From an uncultured Candidatus Saccharibacteria bacterium (lineage in GTDB: Bacteria; Patescibacteriota; Minisyncoccia; Ryanbacterales; HO2-45-13), in the NCBI GenBank assembly GCA_964354975.1, contig CAYHBS010000001.1, positions 56,282 to 120,281 of the forward strand: 64,000 nt of DNA. Direction: 5' to 3'. Positions within the stretch are counted from its first letter, which is position 1. Each line of letters starts with the position of its first letter. Below the pieces are notes generated by a model that did no database searches, had not been told where the DNA came from, and saw only the letters and a program-made list of their open reading frames with translations. The position numbers and the translations under genes were made by a program. This document shows positions 27,012 to 36,449 of the stretch, in pieces.

Positions 27012-29303
27012 CTAAATCTTTTTGGTCTTTAATCGAAGTGAATTTCCCACCACCGAGACGCTAGAAAACGCCATCGCAAGCCCTGCAAATACCGGATTGA
27101 GTAAAATTCCAAACGCCGGGTAGAGCACTCCTGCAGCAATGGGAATTCCCACAACGTTGTAAATAAACGCCCAAAACAGATTCTGCTTGATACCGCGCAT
27201 GGTCAATTTTGAAAGCCGAACGGACGCTACGAGTTTCGAAATATCCCCGTGGAGCAGTGTGATGCCGGCGGTCTCTATCGCAACGTCGGTTCCTGTGGCC
27301 ATAGCAATGCCGACGTCTGCGCGCGCAAGCGCCGGTGCGTCGTTGATACCGTCTCCCGCCATTGCAACAATATGGCCGTCACGTTGCAATTCCTGAATCT
27401 TACGTAACTTATCGTCTGGAAGTACTTCTGCAACTACTTCATCAATGCCCACCTCCCGAGCGATTGCCTCGGCGGTGCGCTTTTGATCCCCGGTGAGCAT
27501 CACGGTACGAATGCCCATGCGGTGTAGTGCACGTATTGCTTGAATGGCTTCCGGCTTGATCGCGTCAGCAACCATTGCAATCGCGAGTACTGCCTCGGCG
27601 GACGCGATAATAATTGGCGTATGTCCAAGCGAAGCACCGACATTGATGCGCTCTTGGTCAACGGAAAGTCCCCGCTCCGTCATCAGTGTAGTGTTTCCCG
27701 CAACATACTCTTTCCCATCAATGGTGCCACGCACCCCCTTCCCCTTTATCGCGGAAAAATTCGTCACGGTGCGCTCGGAAATACTCTTTGTTTTTGCATA
27801 CGTAAGCACCGCTGAAGCGAGCGGGTGCTCTGACTTTCGCTCTAGTGCATACGCGATTGAAATGACCTCATCATCCGAAAGTTTTGACATATTGGTAAAT
27901 TGGACAACCTCTGGTTTTCCTTTTGTGATTGTTCCGGTTTTATCCATCACGATCGTATCTACCTGATGCAACTTCTCGAGCGTTGCGGCGTCTTTAATCA
28001 GAATTCCGGACCGTGCGCCTTTCCCCACTCCCACAATAATTGCCGTCGGAGTCGCAAGTCCAAGTGCACAAGGACACGCAATCACGAGTATACCCACAAA
28101 CGACATCAGCCCATACGACAACGCTTTTGAAAAACCAAATGCGGGCGTTCCAAATAGCAGCCAAACTCCCAAGGTGACCACCGCAAGTGCAAGAACTACC
28201 GGCACAAAAATTCCGGATATTTTGTCAGCGAGCGCTTGAATAGGAGCCCGACTTCCTTGGGCGTCTTCCACCATTTTAATAATATGCGCCAGTAATGTTT
28301 CATTACCCACCTTTGTTGCGCGCATCGTTACTGCGCCCGTGGTATTCATGGTGCCTCCCACTACCGCATCCCCCGTTTTTTTACCTGCCGGCATGGGCTC
28401 TCCGGTGACCATAGATTCATCGATGTGCGTTTCGCCCTCGGTGATCACTCCATCAACCGGAATACGCGCGCCGGGTTTAATCACTAGCAGATCCCCATGC
28501 ACAACCTGCGTGATGGGAATTTCGACTTCGGTACCATTTTTGATGATCAGTGCAGTTTTTGCTTGTAAATTGAGTAATTTTTCAATCGCGTCTCCCGTTT
28601 TTATTTTTGCGCGCGCTTCTAAATACTTCCCGAGCGTGATAAATGCAATCACAACAATGGTGACGTCGTAATAGGTGCTCCCAACGTCTATGAAAGAACG
28701 GAGTGAATCTTCAAATGCGGTGACGATAAAGCTATAAAAAAATGCCACCGACGTTCCAATACCAATCAACGTGTCCATGTTCGCGCTTCCATATCGAAAA
28801 AAACGGTACACGCCGAGCAGATATGGCTTTCCCACGACGAACAACATATAGGTCGCCATAATGGGAAGCAGATGGTGAAAAAACTCTTCGAGCATCATCG
28901 ATGGCGCTCGCACCATAGAAAATTCCACAAGCATATCCCACGTCAAGATAAGAATACTCACAAGCGTGAGCGGGATTGAGGCGAGCACCTTGTTTTTCAT
29001 ATCCGCCACTTCGGCAAGTTTTTCCTGCTTCGATACGCCAAGCCCTGTGTGCGCCGCGTGCTCACTTGCGCTCATCCCCATTGACTCCGCTGACTGCTGC
29101 ACCAGCGAATATCCCAACGGAGAGATGAGTTCTGAAAGTGCGCCGGCATTCGTAGCGCTTGGGTCATACGCAATCTTTGCGGTTTCGGTACCGTAGTTGA
29201 CCTCCACCGCGTGCACTCCTTTATTTTTTTTCAGTGCTTTTTCAATGTTGATTGCGCAAGAGGCGCAGTGCATTCCTTTGACGGTAAATAATTCCGTGTT
29301 CAT
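27012..29303 (-). CDS. copA: Copper-translocating P1B-type ATPase
   Basis: GMHCASC, TGEPMP, ACPCALGLATP, DKTGT, SEHPLA, GDGINDAPALA and YN..P..M..SS. Confidence 0.95.
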   Translation of the reverse strand: MNTELFTVKGMHCASCAINIEKALKKNKGVHAVEVNYGTETAKIAYDPSATNAGALSELISPLGYSLVQQSAESMGMSASEHAAHTGLGVSKQEKLAEVADMKNKVLASIPLTLVSILILTWDMLVEFSMVRAPSMMLEEFFHHLLPIMATYMLFVVGKPYLLGVYRFFRYGSANMDTLIGIGTSVAFFYSFIVTAFEDSLRSFIDVGSTYYDVTIVVIAFITLGKYLEARAKIKTGDAIEKLLNLQAKTALIIKNGTEVEIPITQVVHGDLLVIKPGARIPVDGVITEGETHIDESMVTGEPMPAGKKTGDAVVGGTMNTTGAVTMRATKVGNETLLAHIIKMVEDAQGSRAPIQALADKISGIFVPVVLALAVVTLGVWLLFGTPAFGFSKALSYGLMSFVGILVIACPCALGLATPTAIIVGVGKGARSGILIKDAATLEKLHQVDTIVMDKTGTITKGKPEVVQFTNMSKLSDDEVISIAYALERKSEHPLASAVLTYAKTKSISERTVTNFSAIKGKGVRGTIDGKEYVAGNTTLMTERGLSVDQERINVGASLGHTPIIIASAEAVLAIAMVADAIKPEAIQAIRALHRMGIRTVMLTGDQKRTAEAIAREVGIDEVVAEVLPDDKLRKIQELQRDGHIVAMAGDGINDAPALARADVGIAMATGTDVAIETAGITLLHGDISKLVASVRLSKLTMRGIKQNLFWAFIYNVVGIPIAAGVLYPAFGILLNPVFAGLAMAFSSVSVVGNSLRLKTKKI

Positions 29304-29315
29304 ATTGCGAGTATA

Positions 29316-29582
29316 TTATTTTCGTTTTAATTGATACACCTTCATCATTTCTTTCGTCGCTTTTTGCGTCTCGCCGGACGTGATCTGCTTGATAATACAA
29401 GTACCAAGATGTCCTTCAAGTAGTGCGTCTTCAACGCCCGAAAGCGCCTGCTTTACTGCAGAGGTTTGTGTAATTATATCAATACAGTATTTATCACTAC
29501 TCACCATTTCCTGGAGTGCGCGTACCTGTCCTTCAATAATTTTTAACCGCCGAAGTGCTCGTGTTTTATTTGTAGACTTCAT
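29316..29582 (-). CDS. csoR: CsoR/RcnR family metal-sensing repressor
   Basis: RLKIIEGQVRAL, YCIDIITQ and HLGTC. Confidence 0.9.
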   Translation of the reverse strand: MKSTNKTRALRRLKIIEGQVRALQEMVSSDKYCIDIITQTSAVKQALSGVEDALLEGHLGTCIIKQITSGETQKATKEMMKVYQLKRK

Positions 29583-29592
29583 ATGATGCCAT

Positions 29593-29615
29593 CATATACC
29601 CCCTAGGGGTATATG
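29593..29615. promoter_or_regulatory. CsoR operator palindrome
   Basis: CATATACCCC-CTA-GGGGTATATG perfect inverted repeat just upstream of csoR; matches the known TACCC..GGGTA CsoR operator architecture. Confidence 0.85.
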
Positions 29616-29663
29616 CAAGTGGATATCTCAAAATAGGAAACCCGCACATGCATGCGGGTGTAT

Positions 29664-29738
29664 TGGAGCCACCTCTCGGATTTGAACCGAGGACCCACGC
29701 TTTACAAAAGCGTTGCTCTACCACTGAGCTAAGGTGGC
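29664..29738 (-). tRNA. tRNA-Thr(UGU)
   Basis: Acceptor stem GCCACCT/AGGTGGC, anticodon arm ACGCT-TTTGTAA-AGCGT, GTTCAAATC, encoded CCA; no intron. Confidence 0.96.
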
Positions 29739-29881
29739 AAATTTTTTCGAACGTCGGGATTCCGACTTCATTATTTATATACCAGATAGTGCGTCAGAGC
29801 AAAACAGTTGCGGCATTTACCCCACATCACGCGCAGCGTTGGTGGGGGGGGCCTGAGCTAAGGTAGCAAATTTTTCGAACG
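29724..29881. repeat. About 30-bp direct repeat covering the tRNA-Thr(UGU) 5' end and the 3' end of the endonuclease-like ORF
   Basis: ctgagctaaggtggcaaattttttcgaacg (29724-29753) versus ctgagctaaggtagcaaatttttcgaacg (29853-29881): one mismatch and one indel. Confidence 0.9.
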
Positions 29882-30487
29882 ATATTCGTCAATCCAGTAG
29901 TTCAATCGATCCAGCAATAATACGTCCGAATACCGCACTGAAACTGTACCATACGCCGATAATCTTTTGTAGCTTCCGCGCGAAGTATTGTGAATTCGCG
30001 ATTTACTGAATTGTGTCAGTGGAATTTGCACCGTACGCGCCCAGAATTCTTTCAATTCTCTCTCTGATTGATGTGGGTAATAGTGCATCAAAATCCTCAA
30101 GCGAGTCTCATCAATTCCACAAATCTTCCTTAAGAAACGTACAAACAGTAATATGAGGTCCGGATCGCTATTTGAAAGCGCCACTGAGGTTCCCGACTTC
30201 GTGCCCTCACCCCAATACAACATAATCCCTGCAACGCTCAACAACGTCTCCTCCCGCGACATATTCACCTTTACCGAATGTGCCTTCTTGTGATGCTTTG
30301 TTCTATGTAACTCCCGTGCAGCAGCTGAAGTGTCTCTGCGTGAAATTTTTGAATCAATTAAAGTGGTGCGCACCCGATACGGCGTCATCTTTAAAGCTTC
30401 TGCAATCTGCTGGACTGACAACTTTTGCTCAGTGTATAGTCCTATAATTTTAGCTCGCTCGGTCCGCACCAGTTCTTCTCGCCTCAT
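29858..30487 (-). CDS. HTH + LAGLIDADG-like putative homing endonuclease (copy 2)
   Basis: HTH LSVQQIAEALKMTPYRVRTTL, then AGIMLYWGEGTK...VALSNSDPDLI; clear paralog of 15218-15805; upstream of tRNA-Thr(UGU). Confidence 0.7.
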   Translation of the reverse strand: MRREELVRTERAKIIGLYTEQKLSVQQIAEALKMTPYRVRTTLIDSKISRRDTSAAARELHRTKHHKKAHSVKVNMSREETLLSVAGIMLYWGEGTKSGTSVALSNSDPDLILLFVRFLRKICGIDETRLRILMHYYPHQSERELKEFWARTVQIPLTQFSKSRIHNTSRGSYKRLSAYGTVSVRYSDVLLLDRLNYWIDEYRSKNLLP

Positions 30488-30623
30488 ATCACTATGATAT
30501 CACGCGCTAACTGTTTTATACTAGTTAGTCTGTGTATATATTTTGGGTTGCGTAGTTAAAGAAACTGAAGCCGTGGTAAGTATAAAGCTACCTGTGTAAC
30601 AAGAATATTAAATATGTTTGAAT

Positions 30624-31061
30624 CTACTTGAGTGGATGATGCGACACGTCCTGATCTGTTTCAGGAAGCGCCGTTGCATTTGGATCCTCTGCGACTCCCT
30701 TCTCTTCCTTGCGCCAGTGTGAAATGGTGCGCCAATAGAGCGATTCTCTCGGTTGTGCCTGTGATTTACGAAATAATGCGCGACGAGCCTTCAGTGCACG
30801 CGTATTCACCTGTTGCGCACCGCGCTCAATGAGTACCATGAGCTTTGATACAATCGAAACAAAAAAAGGAAATATGTGCGTGGTGAACCACACCTCGATG
30901 CGATCCGCCCCCATTGTAATCAGCGCAAGCGTCGCGCGGCCATTCGCTTCGGGAACTGCAAGGGAGGTTTTTGGGCCGTGCTGTGTTTTTGGCATGTGCC
31001 GAAGTAACATAAACGCCATACCAAAAATGGAGATGGAAAATACTGTCGCGAGGTAGAGCAT
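30624..31061 (-). CDS. Hypothetical membrane protein
   Basis: N-terminal hydrophobic helix; coupled to the tsf stop codon. Confidence 0.55.
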   Translation of the reverse strand: MLYLATVFSISIFGMAFMLLRHMPKTQHGPKTSLAVPEANGRATLALITMGADRIEVWFTTHIFPFFVSIVSKLMVLIERGAQQVNTRALKARRALFRKSQAQPRESLYWRTISHWRKEEKGVAEDPNATALPETDQDVSHHPLK

Positions 31062-31516
31062 TATGAAAGAGACATACGGGTAAAGCTGTCGATCTCCACA
31101 CGCTCGCCAAATTTTGATGTGAGTCCAGAAATGATCTCTTTGACCGTTTTGGTCGGATCGGTCATGATGGGTTCTGCAAGTAATACTTCTACGCTTTCCG
31201 TTCCCATAGCGGCAATGTGCATTGCAATCTGATGAATGGCTTGCTGAAACTCTGGATTATTCGCAACAAAATCAGTTTCCGTTTTTACTTTCATCATCAC
31301 GCCAACTTGCTTGTTGTGATGAATATATGCATCGATAACTCCCGCATTAATTTCGCGAGTCGCTTTTTTTTCTGAAATTTCTTCTCCCATGCGCCCGAGC
31401 ACTTCGAGTGCACGCGCTTCGTTACCATCCGCTTCCACAAGCGCTTTACGCACGAGCATCATTGACATCCCCGTTTTGTCACGGAGCGCTTTTACCTGAT
31501 CTGCAGAAATTTCCAT
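31061..31516 (-). CDS. tsf: Elongation factor Ts, short form
   Basis: VKALRDKTGMSMM, YIH, ETDFVA and IAMHIAAM; only 151 aa. Confidence 0.93.
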   Translation of the reverse strand: MEISADQVKALRDKTGMSMMLVRKALVEADGNEARALEVLGRMGEEISEKKATREINAGVIDAYIHHNKQVGVMMKVKTETDFVANNPEFQQAIHQIAMHIAAMGTESVEVLLAEPIMTDPTKTVKEIISGLTSKFGERVEIDSFTRMSLS

Positions 31517-31554
31517 ATAAAAATCAAAAAGAAATAATACAAAACACGGGGGTA

Positions 31555-32319
31555 TTATCCCACAGTGGGCGTAGCAACGGCAACTTGTGGTGCATCTACC
31601 GCAGGGGCTCGCGTGAGACCCACGAGATACGCATCCTTTAATCGCATGAGAATATGTTCAATACTCCGCTGGGCATTGTCGTTTGCAGGAATTGGAAACT
31701 TCACGCCCGATGGATCACAGTCCGAGTTCATAATACCGATGATTGGAACGCCGGTTTTGCGTGATTCCGAAAGTGCAGTGCTTTCTTCATTGACATCTAC
31801 AATCACTACTACATCTGGCATGCGTGCGAGTGATCGCACCGAACCAAATGATTGATTCATTTTTTCAATTTCTTCACCCTTGCGCATGCGCTCGTGTTTG
31901 CGATATTTTTCAAACTCCCCTCGATCTCGCTGTGCCTCAAGCGACTCGAGATATGCAATGCGTGTCTTGATAGTACGAAAATTCGTGAGTGTACCTCCAA
32001 GCCATCGTCGGCTCACATATGGATGTTTCAATTCGGTACCAATAGCAGTAATTGCCTGCTCCGCGGCTGGTTTTGTACCTACCCACATCACCACTTTTTT
32101 CCCCTCTCCGAGGAATTCAAGGTGTGCACATGCTGCGGTAATTTGTTCATCTACCTTATCAAGATGAAATATTTCAACGTTACTTTTTACGCCCGCAATA
32201 AATGGGCGCATTTTGGGGTGTCGGCGCGTTTTGCGATATGCGACATGTGCTCCTGCGTGAAAAAGCGCCTCTATTTCGGGCGTAATTTGCTCTTCTGGCT
32301 GTAGCGTCGTTTCTGACAT
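31555..32319 (-). CDS. rpsB: 30S ribosomal protein S2
   Basis: AGAHV...[18 protein letters not shown] and PIPANDNA; start placed at MSETT. Confidence 0.95.
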   Translation of the reverse strand: MSETTLQPEEQITPEIEALFHAGAHVAYRKTRRHPKMRPFIAGVKSNVEIFHLDKVDEQITAACAHLEFLGEGKKVVMWVGTKPAAEQAITAIGTELKHPYVSRRWLGGTLTNFRTIKTRIAYLESLEAQRDRGEFEKYRKHERMRKGEEIEKMNQSFGSVRSLARMPDVVVIVDVNEESTALSESRKTGVPIIGIMNSDCDPSGVKFPIPANDNAQRSIEHILMRLKDAYLVGLTRAPAVDAPQVAVATPTVG

Positions 32320-32405
32320 GCACACAGTGTATAGAAGGGGGTGAGATATTGCAAGACCTAGAGAGTCGTGGTATATTGAACCCCACACATATTGCTCTAT
32401 ATCTT

Positions 32406-32675
32406 ATGAAAAAAGATCTCCACCCAATATATTTTGAAAACGCAGTTATTCAATGCGCCTGCGGAAACATCGTTCACGCCGGAGCGACAAAGGAGAAGAT
32501 TGCCGTAGAAATTTGCAGTAAATGCCATCCATTCTACACAGGAAAAGAAAAGCTGGTAGACGCAGGGGGCCGTATTGTGAAATTCAAAGCACGCTTGGAG
32601 AAGCGAGGTGCGATAGGTGCAAAACCAAAGAAAATCAAAGCGCCGTCAGTAAAAAAATCTCGAAAGATTGCATGA
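32406..32675 (+). CDS. rpmE: 50S ribosomal protein L31
   Basis: [25 protein letters not shown] and GRIVKF. Confidence 0.95.
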   Translation: MKKDLHPIYFENAVIQCACGNIVHAGATKEKIAVEICSKCHPFYTGKEKLVDAGGRIVKFKARLEKRGAIGAKPKKIKAPSVKKSRKIA

Positions 32676-33388
32676 GTGGTGTGGTGCTAGAAATTCGCGC
32701 AGGAGCGGGAGGCGATGAGGCCTCCCTCTTTGCTGCGCGCCTTCGTGATATGTACTCCAAATACGCTGAAAAACGTGGATGGCAAGTACGCCAGGTGAGT
32801 GAATCGCTCTCCGAGCTTGGCGGACTCAAAGAAGGTGTGTACGAAATCCACGGTGAAGGAAGTGACAAGGCACTGAAATATGAAAGCGGCGTACATCGCG
32901 TTCAACGCGTCCCTGCGACAGAAAAGACAGGACGTATTCATACCTCTACGGCAAGTGTGGCGGTACTCCCCCTCGTAGAGGCGTCCGTATTTGAGCTCAA
33001 TAAGTCTGATGTAGTGATAGAATTTTCCCGCGCGGGGGGGAAAGGAGGACAAAATGTCAATAAAGTAGAAACTGCGGTGCGTGTGGTACATACACCCACT
33101 GGCATTATGGTGCGATCCACTTCACAGCGTTCACAACTACAAAATAGGGAACGCGCAATGGAAATCCTCCGCGCCAAGCTCTATGACCTTCACGTACACG
33201 GGGAAGCGAGCGCGGTTGCGGAAGAGCGGAGATCACAGATTGGAAACCAAGATCGATCTGAAAAAATTCGCACGTACAACTTTTTGCAAGATCGTATCAC
33301 CGATCACCGCATCAAGAAGTCGTGGCATCATATGGACAAAATTCTTGCGGGAGACTTCGATAAAATCGCAAAAGCGTTTGAGAAATAA
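32672..33388 (+). CDS. prfA: Peptide chain release factor 1 lacking the N-terminal domain
   Basis: [25 protein letters not shown] (PxT), [10 protein letters not shown] and [10 protein letters not shown]; start at the ATGA overlap with rpmE. Confidence 0.9.
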   Translation: MSGVVLEIRAGAGGDEASLFAARLRDMYSKYAEKRGWQVRQVSESLSELGGLKEGVYEIHGEGSDKALKYESGVHRVQRVPATEKTGRIHTSTASVAVLPLVEASVFELNKSDVVIEFSRAGGKGGQNVNKVETAVRVVHTPTGIMVRSTSQRSQLQNRERAMEILRAKLYDLHVHGEASAVAEERRSQIGNQDRSEKIRTYNFLQDRITDHRIKKSWHHMDKILAGDFDKIAKAFEK

Positions 33389-33401
33389 ACGCCAAAATAA
33401 T

Positions 33402-34715
33402 TTATCGCACACTCGCAGTGATAATATTGATTTGTTCTTGATACACTGCAGCTTTTTCGAGCACTTGGCTTGCGTATCTCCGTCCCAGTGATCCATTCCA
33501 GTTTCCCCCCGCAAAATATCGTCCCGCCGCTTCGCGTTCACCAGTGACAGTACTTGCACCTAAATCTCCAAGATACACCGCGCTCGCCATAAATGCGTCC
33601 TCTGGATCCCACGGGTTTGGTGGGTTATGTCCGGTAAGCGCAGCAATTTTTCCCTTCATCAGTTGCCAAGTGGAAGGGATAAATTGTGCAGGCCCCATTG
33701 CGCCTCCCCATCCCACGCCTTGTGGACATGAAAGCGGCATTGCTTCTGGATCGAGTCCGAGTTCCGCGGTAATTTGCTTGTATGGCTCAATATCGCGCGA
33801 AGGCTTCATGATTGCTTGCCATCGGTATTGCGGGGGGTCGGTGGGAAGATTGCACTGCCCAATATTGCGCCCTAAATCAGTTTCCTGCGCAAGAATACCA
33901 AGAATAAATGCGACGCGCACTCCAGTACTCGCAGATGCACGCTCCGCAAAAAGCACCGCCTTTTCAAATGAAATCGCGGCAGACCCTTGAAGTTTAAACA
34001 GTTCTGCACGAATCGTTGTCGCGTCCCGCCTACGGGCGGTGACCACCTTTTGATACGTTGCCTCTACGCCTTTCGTATCCTTGAGCAACTTTTGTCGTTC
34101 CCGTTCTTTCGATTCCAGTCCTTGTCTTTCAATCGCAAGTAGCGCGCGCGCCTCAACTTGCTCTTCGCGCTCGCCTGCGTATTCATTTTTGAGCGTCACC
34201 TCCTCGTCTCGCGTGCTACGTAAATTGAAGAATTGTTTTTGGAGCGAGTCCTGCACCACATCAATCGCGTCCACGTCATTAAAATAGTCTGACAGTTTCG
34301 CATTTGAAAGCATCACCTCCACCATAGATGCATCGTCATACTCGTGGAGCTTTTTAATACTTTCCGCAAGTGATAACTTTTGCTCGTCGATGGTTGATGA
34401 AATATGCGTAATCGACTGTTCTTTTTCTTTAATCTGCGCGCTTAATTTAGAGATAATGAGTTCCAAGCTTTGCATCTCAAGCTTTGTTTTTTTTATCTGC
34501 GCGTCGAGTATCGAAATATCACGCTGGAGTGACGCGGCCTCGGAGCGTTTCCCATCTATCAATACTTGATACGTGCTGATTTCTTTTTCAATTGTGGCAA
34601 GATCCGCTTCGAGTTGTTTCCGGCGTTCAACGACCGCGTCAGAAAGTTCCTGTGCGCGCGCAACAGGAGAGAGCACGAGATAAAGGAAAGCGCCGATGAG
34701 TAAGGCGGTCCTCAT
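33402..34715 (-). CDS. Secreted coiled-coil protein with a C-terminal lytic transglycosylase (SLT-like) domain
   Basis: Signal peptide, long coiled coil, GILAQET, GAMGPAQFIPSTW and NPWDPEDA. Confidence 0.85.
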   Translation of the reverse strand: MRTALLIGAFLYLVLSPVARAQELSDAVVERRKQLEADLATIEKEISTYQVLIDGKRSEAASLQRDISILDAQIKKTKLEMQSLELIISKLSAQIKEKEQSITHISSTIDEQKLSLAESIKKLHEYDDASMVEVMLSNAKLSDYFNDVDAIDVVQDSLQKQFFNLRSTRDEEVTLKNEYAGEREEQVEARALLAIERQGLESKERERQKLLKDTKGVEATYQKVVTARRRDATTIRAELFKLQGSAAISFEKAVLFAERASASTGVRVAFILGILAQETDLGRNIGQCNLPTDPPQYRWQAIMKPSRDIEPYKQITAELGLDPEAMPLSCPQGVGWGGAMGPAQFIPSTWQLMKGKIAALTGHNPPNPWDPEDAFMASAVYLGDLGASTVTGEREAAGRYFAGGNWNGSLGRRYASQVLEKAAVYQEQINIITASVR

Positions 34716-35389
34716 TCTTCATCAGCTGATTTGTCTGCTTCTTCCTCTTCTTTCGGCGGCTTCTCAACTGCGTCCTGAATTGCGTCAAAATCGATTGCCG
34801 TATCCCCAGAGGTTTCTGCTTGCAACTGCTCTTCCGTCTTCGGAGGTTCTACGAGTGCCACCATGTGTGACTCATCTGCGGTTGCCTTCACTCCTTTTGG
34901 CATTGCAATGCTTCCGATCGTGATGTGATCCGTAAATGTGGCGAGTGATGAAATATCTACTTCAATTTCGTGAGGAAGTGCGTCCGGGAGTGCCTCGATT
35001 TCAATCTCGTGCATCGTTTTGACGAGTACCCCGCCGAGCACTTTTTCTGCGGGAGCTTCGCCAACGAACTTCAGATGTACGTGCACACGAATGGGCTTTG
35101 AAATATCCACTTCATAAAAATCTACGTGGCGCGGCGTATGCTTTACCGGATCACGATCAATACCGTGAATAAGCACCTTTCGCTTGGTTGATCCCTCCAC
35201 CGCGAGCTCGATGAGTGTAGACTCTCCGGCCTCGTGGAATACGCGAGAAAATTCCTTCAATGAAATACTGATGGGAAGAGCGGTTTTGAGTTTTGGGCCA
35301 TACACAATAGCAGGCACGTTCCCTGCCGATCTTACTTCGGAAAGTTGCTTCCCGAATGTACTACGCGTTGTTGCCTGAATGGCTAGCAT
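34712..35389 (-). CDS. rplY: 50S ribosomal protein L25 (Ctc form)
   Basis: VPAIVYG, HVDFYEV, GEAPA..LGGVL and LPHEIEVDIS. Confidence 0.95.
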   Translation of the reverse strand: MLAIQATTRSTFGKQLSEVRSAGNVPAIVYGPKLKTALPISISLKEFSRVFHEAGESTLIELAVEGSTKRKVLIHGIDRDPVKHTPRHVDFYEVDISKPIRVHVHLKFVGEAPAEKVLGGVLVKTMHEIEIEALPDALPHEIEVDISSLATFTDHITIGSIAMPKGVKATADESHMVALVEPPKTEEQLQAETSGDTAIDFDAIQDAVEKPPKEEEEADKSADEE

Positions 35390-35457
35390 ATCGTTATAAA
35401 TAGTTGTGACGAGTCAATAAAATATGTATGACTATTCTACTGAAATACACAGGAAAA

Positions 35458-36444
35458 TCAAGCCTCCGGTGGGTATGGCACCTGCTGGGGCGCCGGTGAG
35501 CCCGAAAGAACAGCGATAATGTTGCGCGCAGCCATGAGAGCCATTTCCGCTCGCGCCTCCACGGTTGCAGATGCCGTATGTGGCGTTACCACTACATTTT
35601 GAAGGGCCCCAAGTCCCTCGGTGAGCACGGGCTCCCGCTCAAACACGTCAAGCGCCGCGCCACGAATCGTGCCCGCAGAAAGAGCACGCACAAGTGCATG
35701 TTCATCAATCACTGGTCCGCGAGACGTGTTTACGAGATATGCGGTACGCTTCATGAGTGCAAATTGCGTGTCAGAAAACAAATGTGTGGTAGTGGGAAGT
35801 AACGGCACGTGGATACTTACGAGATCGCACACAGGTAACAACTCCGCCAAATTTTTATAAAAGGTCGCGTTCACTGACTTTTCAAACTCCGCATTTTGTT
35901 GCACATCGAAGTACACCACATGCATACCAAATCCATGATGTAAAATTTCTGCGACGCGAGAACCGATGCGCCCAAGACCTACAATGCCCACGGTTTTCCC
36001 GCGAACCGCACTCCCAAGTAATAATTCTGGTGCCCATGCGGTGTATGATCCTGCGCGCATGAATGCATCGGACTCCACAATACGACGCATGATCGCAAGT
36101 GCAAGGGTAACGGTGTGCTCCGCAACCGCGTCGGTGAGCACTCCAGGAGTATTTGAGACAATCTTCCCCAGTTTCTTCGCTGCTTTCATATCAATATTGT
36201 CATATCCGACCGCATAGTTTGCATAAATTTTTACTTGCGGCCCTGCCGCTTCCATGAGTTCAGCGGTAATTTTGTCTGTAAGTAAACAAAGAACCGCATC
36301 ATATTGCTTTGCAGTGAGTGCAGAAGTTAATTCATCAAGGGAGAGCACGCGATCTTCCACGCTACTATCAACCCGGTGACCCGCCGCGATGAGCGCATCA
36401 ACGCCTGCTGCGGGAATTTTTCTTGTGATGTATATGTTTGCCAT
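35458..36444 (-). CDS. D-2-hydroxyacid dehydrogenase (glyoxylate reductase/D-glycerate dehydrogenase)
   Basis: AVGYDNID, NTPGVLT, GLGRIG, NTSRGPV, LDVFERE and PHTAS. Confidence 0.9.
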   Translation of the reverse strand: MANIYITRKIPAAGVDALIAAGHRVDSSVEDRVLSLDELTSALTAKQYDAVLCLLTDKITAELMEAAGPQVKIYANYAVGYDNIDMKAAKKLGKIVSNTPGVLTDAVAEHTVTLALAIMRRIVESDAFMRAGSYTAWAPELLLGSAVRGKTVGIVGLGRIGSRVAEILHHGFGMHVVYFDVQQNAEFEKSVNATFYKNLAELLPVCDLVSIHVPLLPTTTHLFSDTQFALMKRTAYLVNTSRGPVIDEHALVRALSAGTIRGAALDVFEREPVLTEGLGALQNVVVTPHTASATVEARAEMALMAARNIIAVLSGSPAPQQVPYPPEA

Positions 36445-36449
36445 ACATG

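Noticed and set aside
32522-32671. Upstream extension of prfA as the missing domain 1, or a programmed frameshift
   Set aside because: The extension lies in an alternative frame of rpmE and does not resemble RF domain 1; there is no prfB-type CTT-TGA slippery site.
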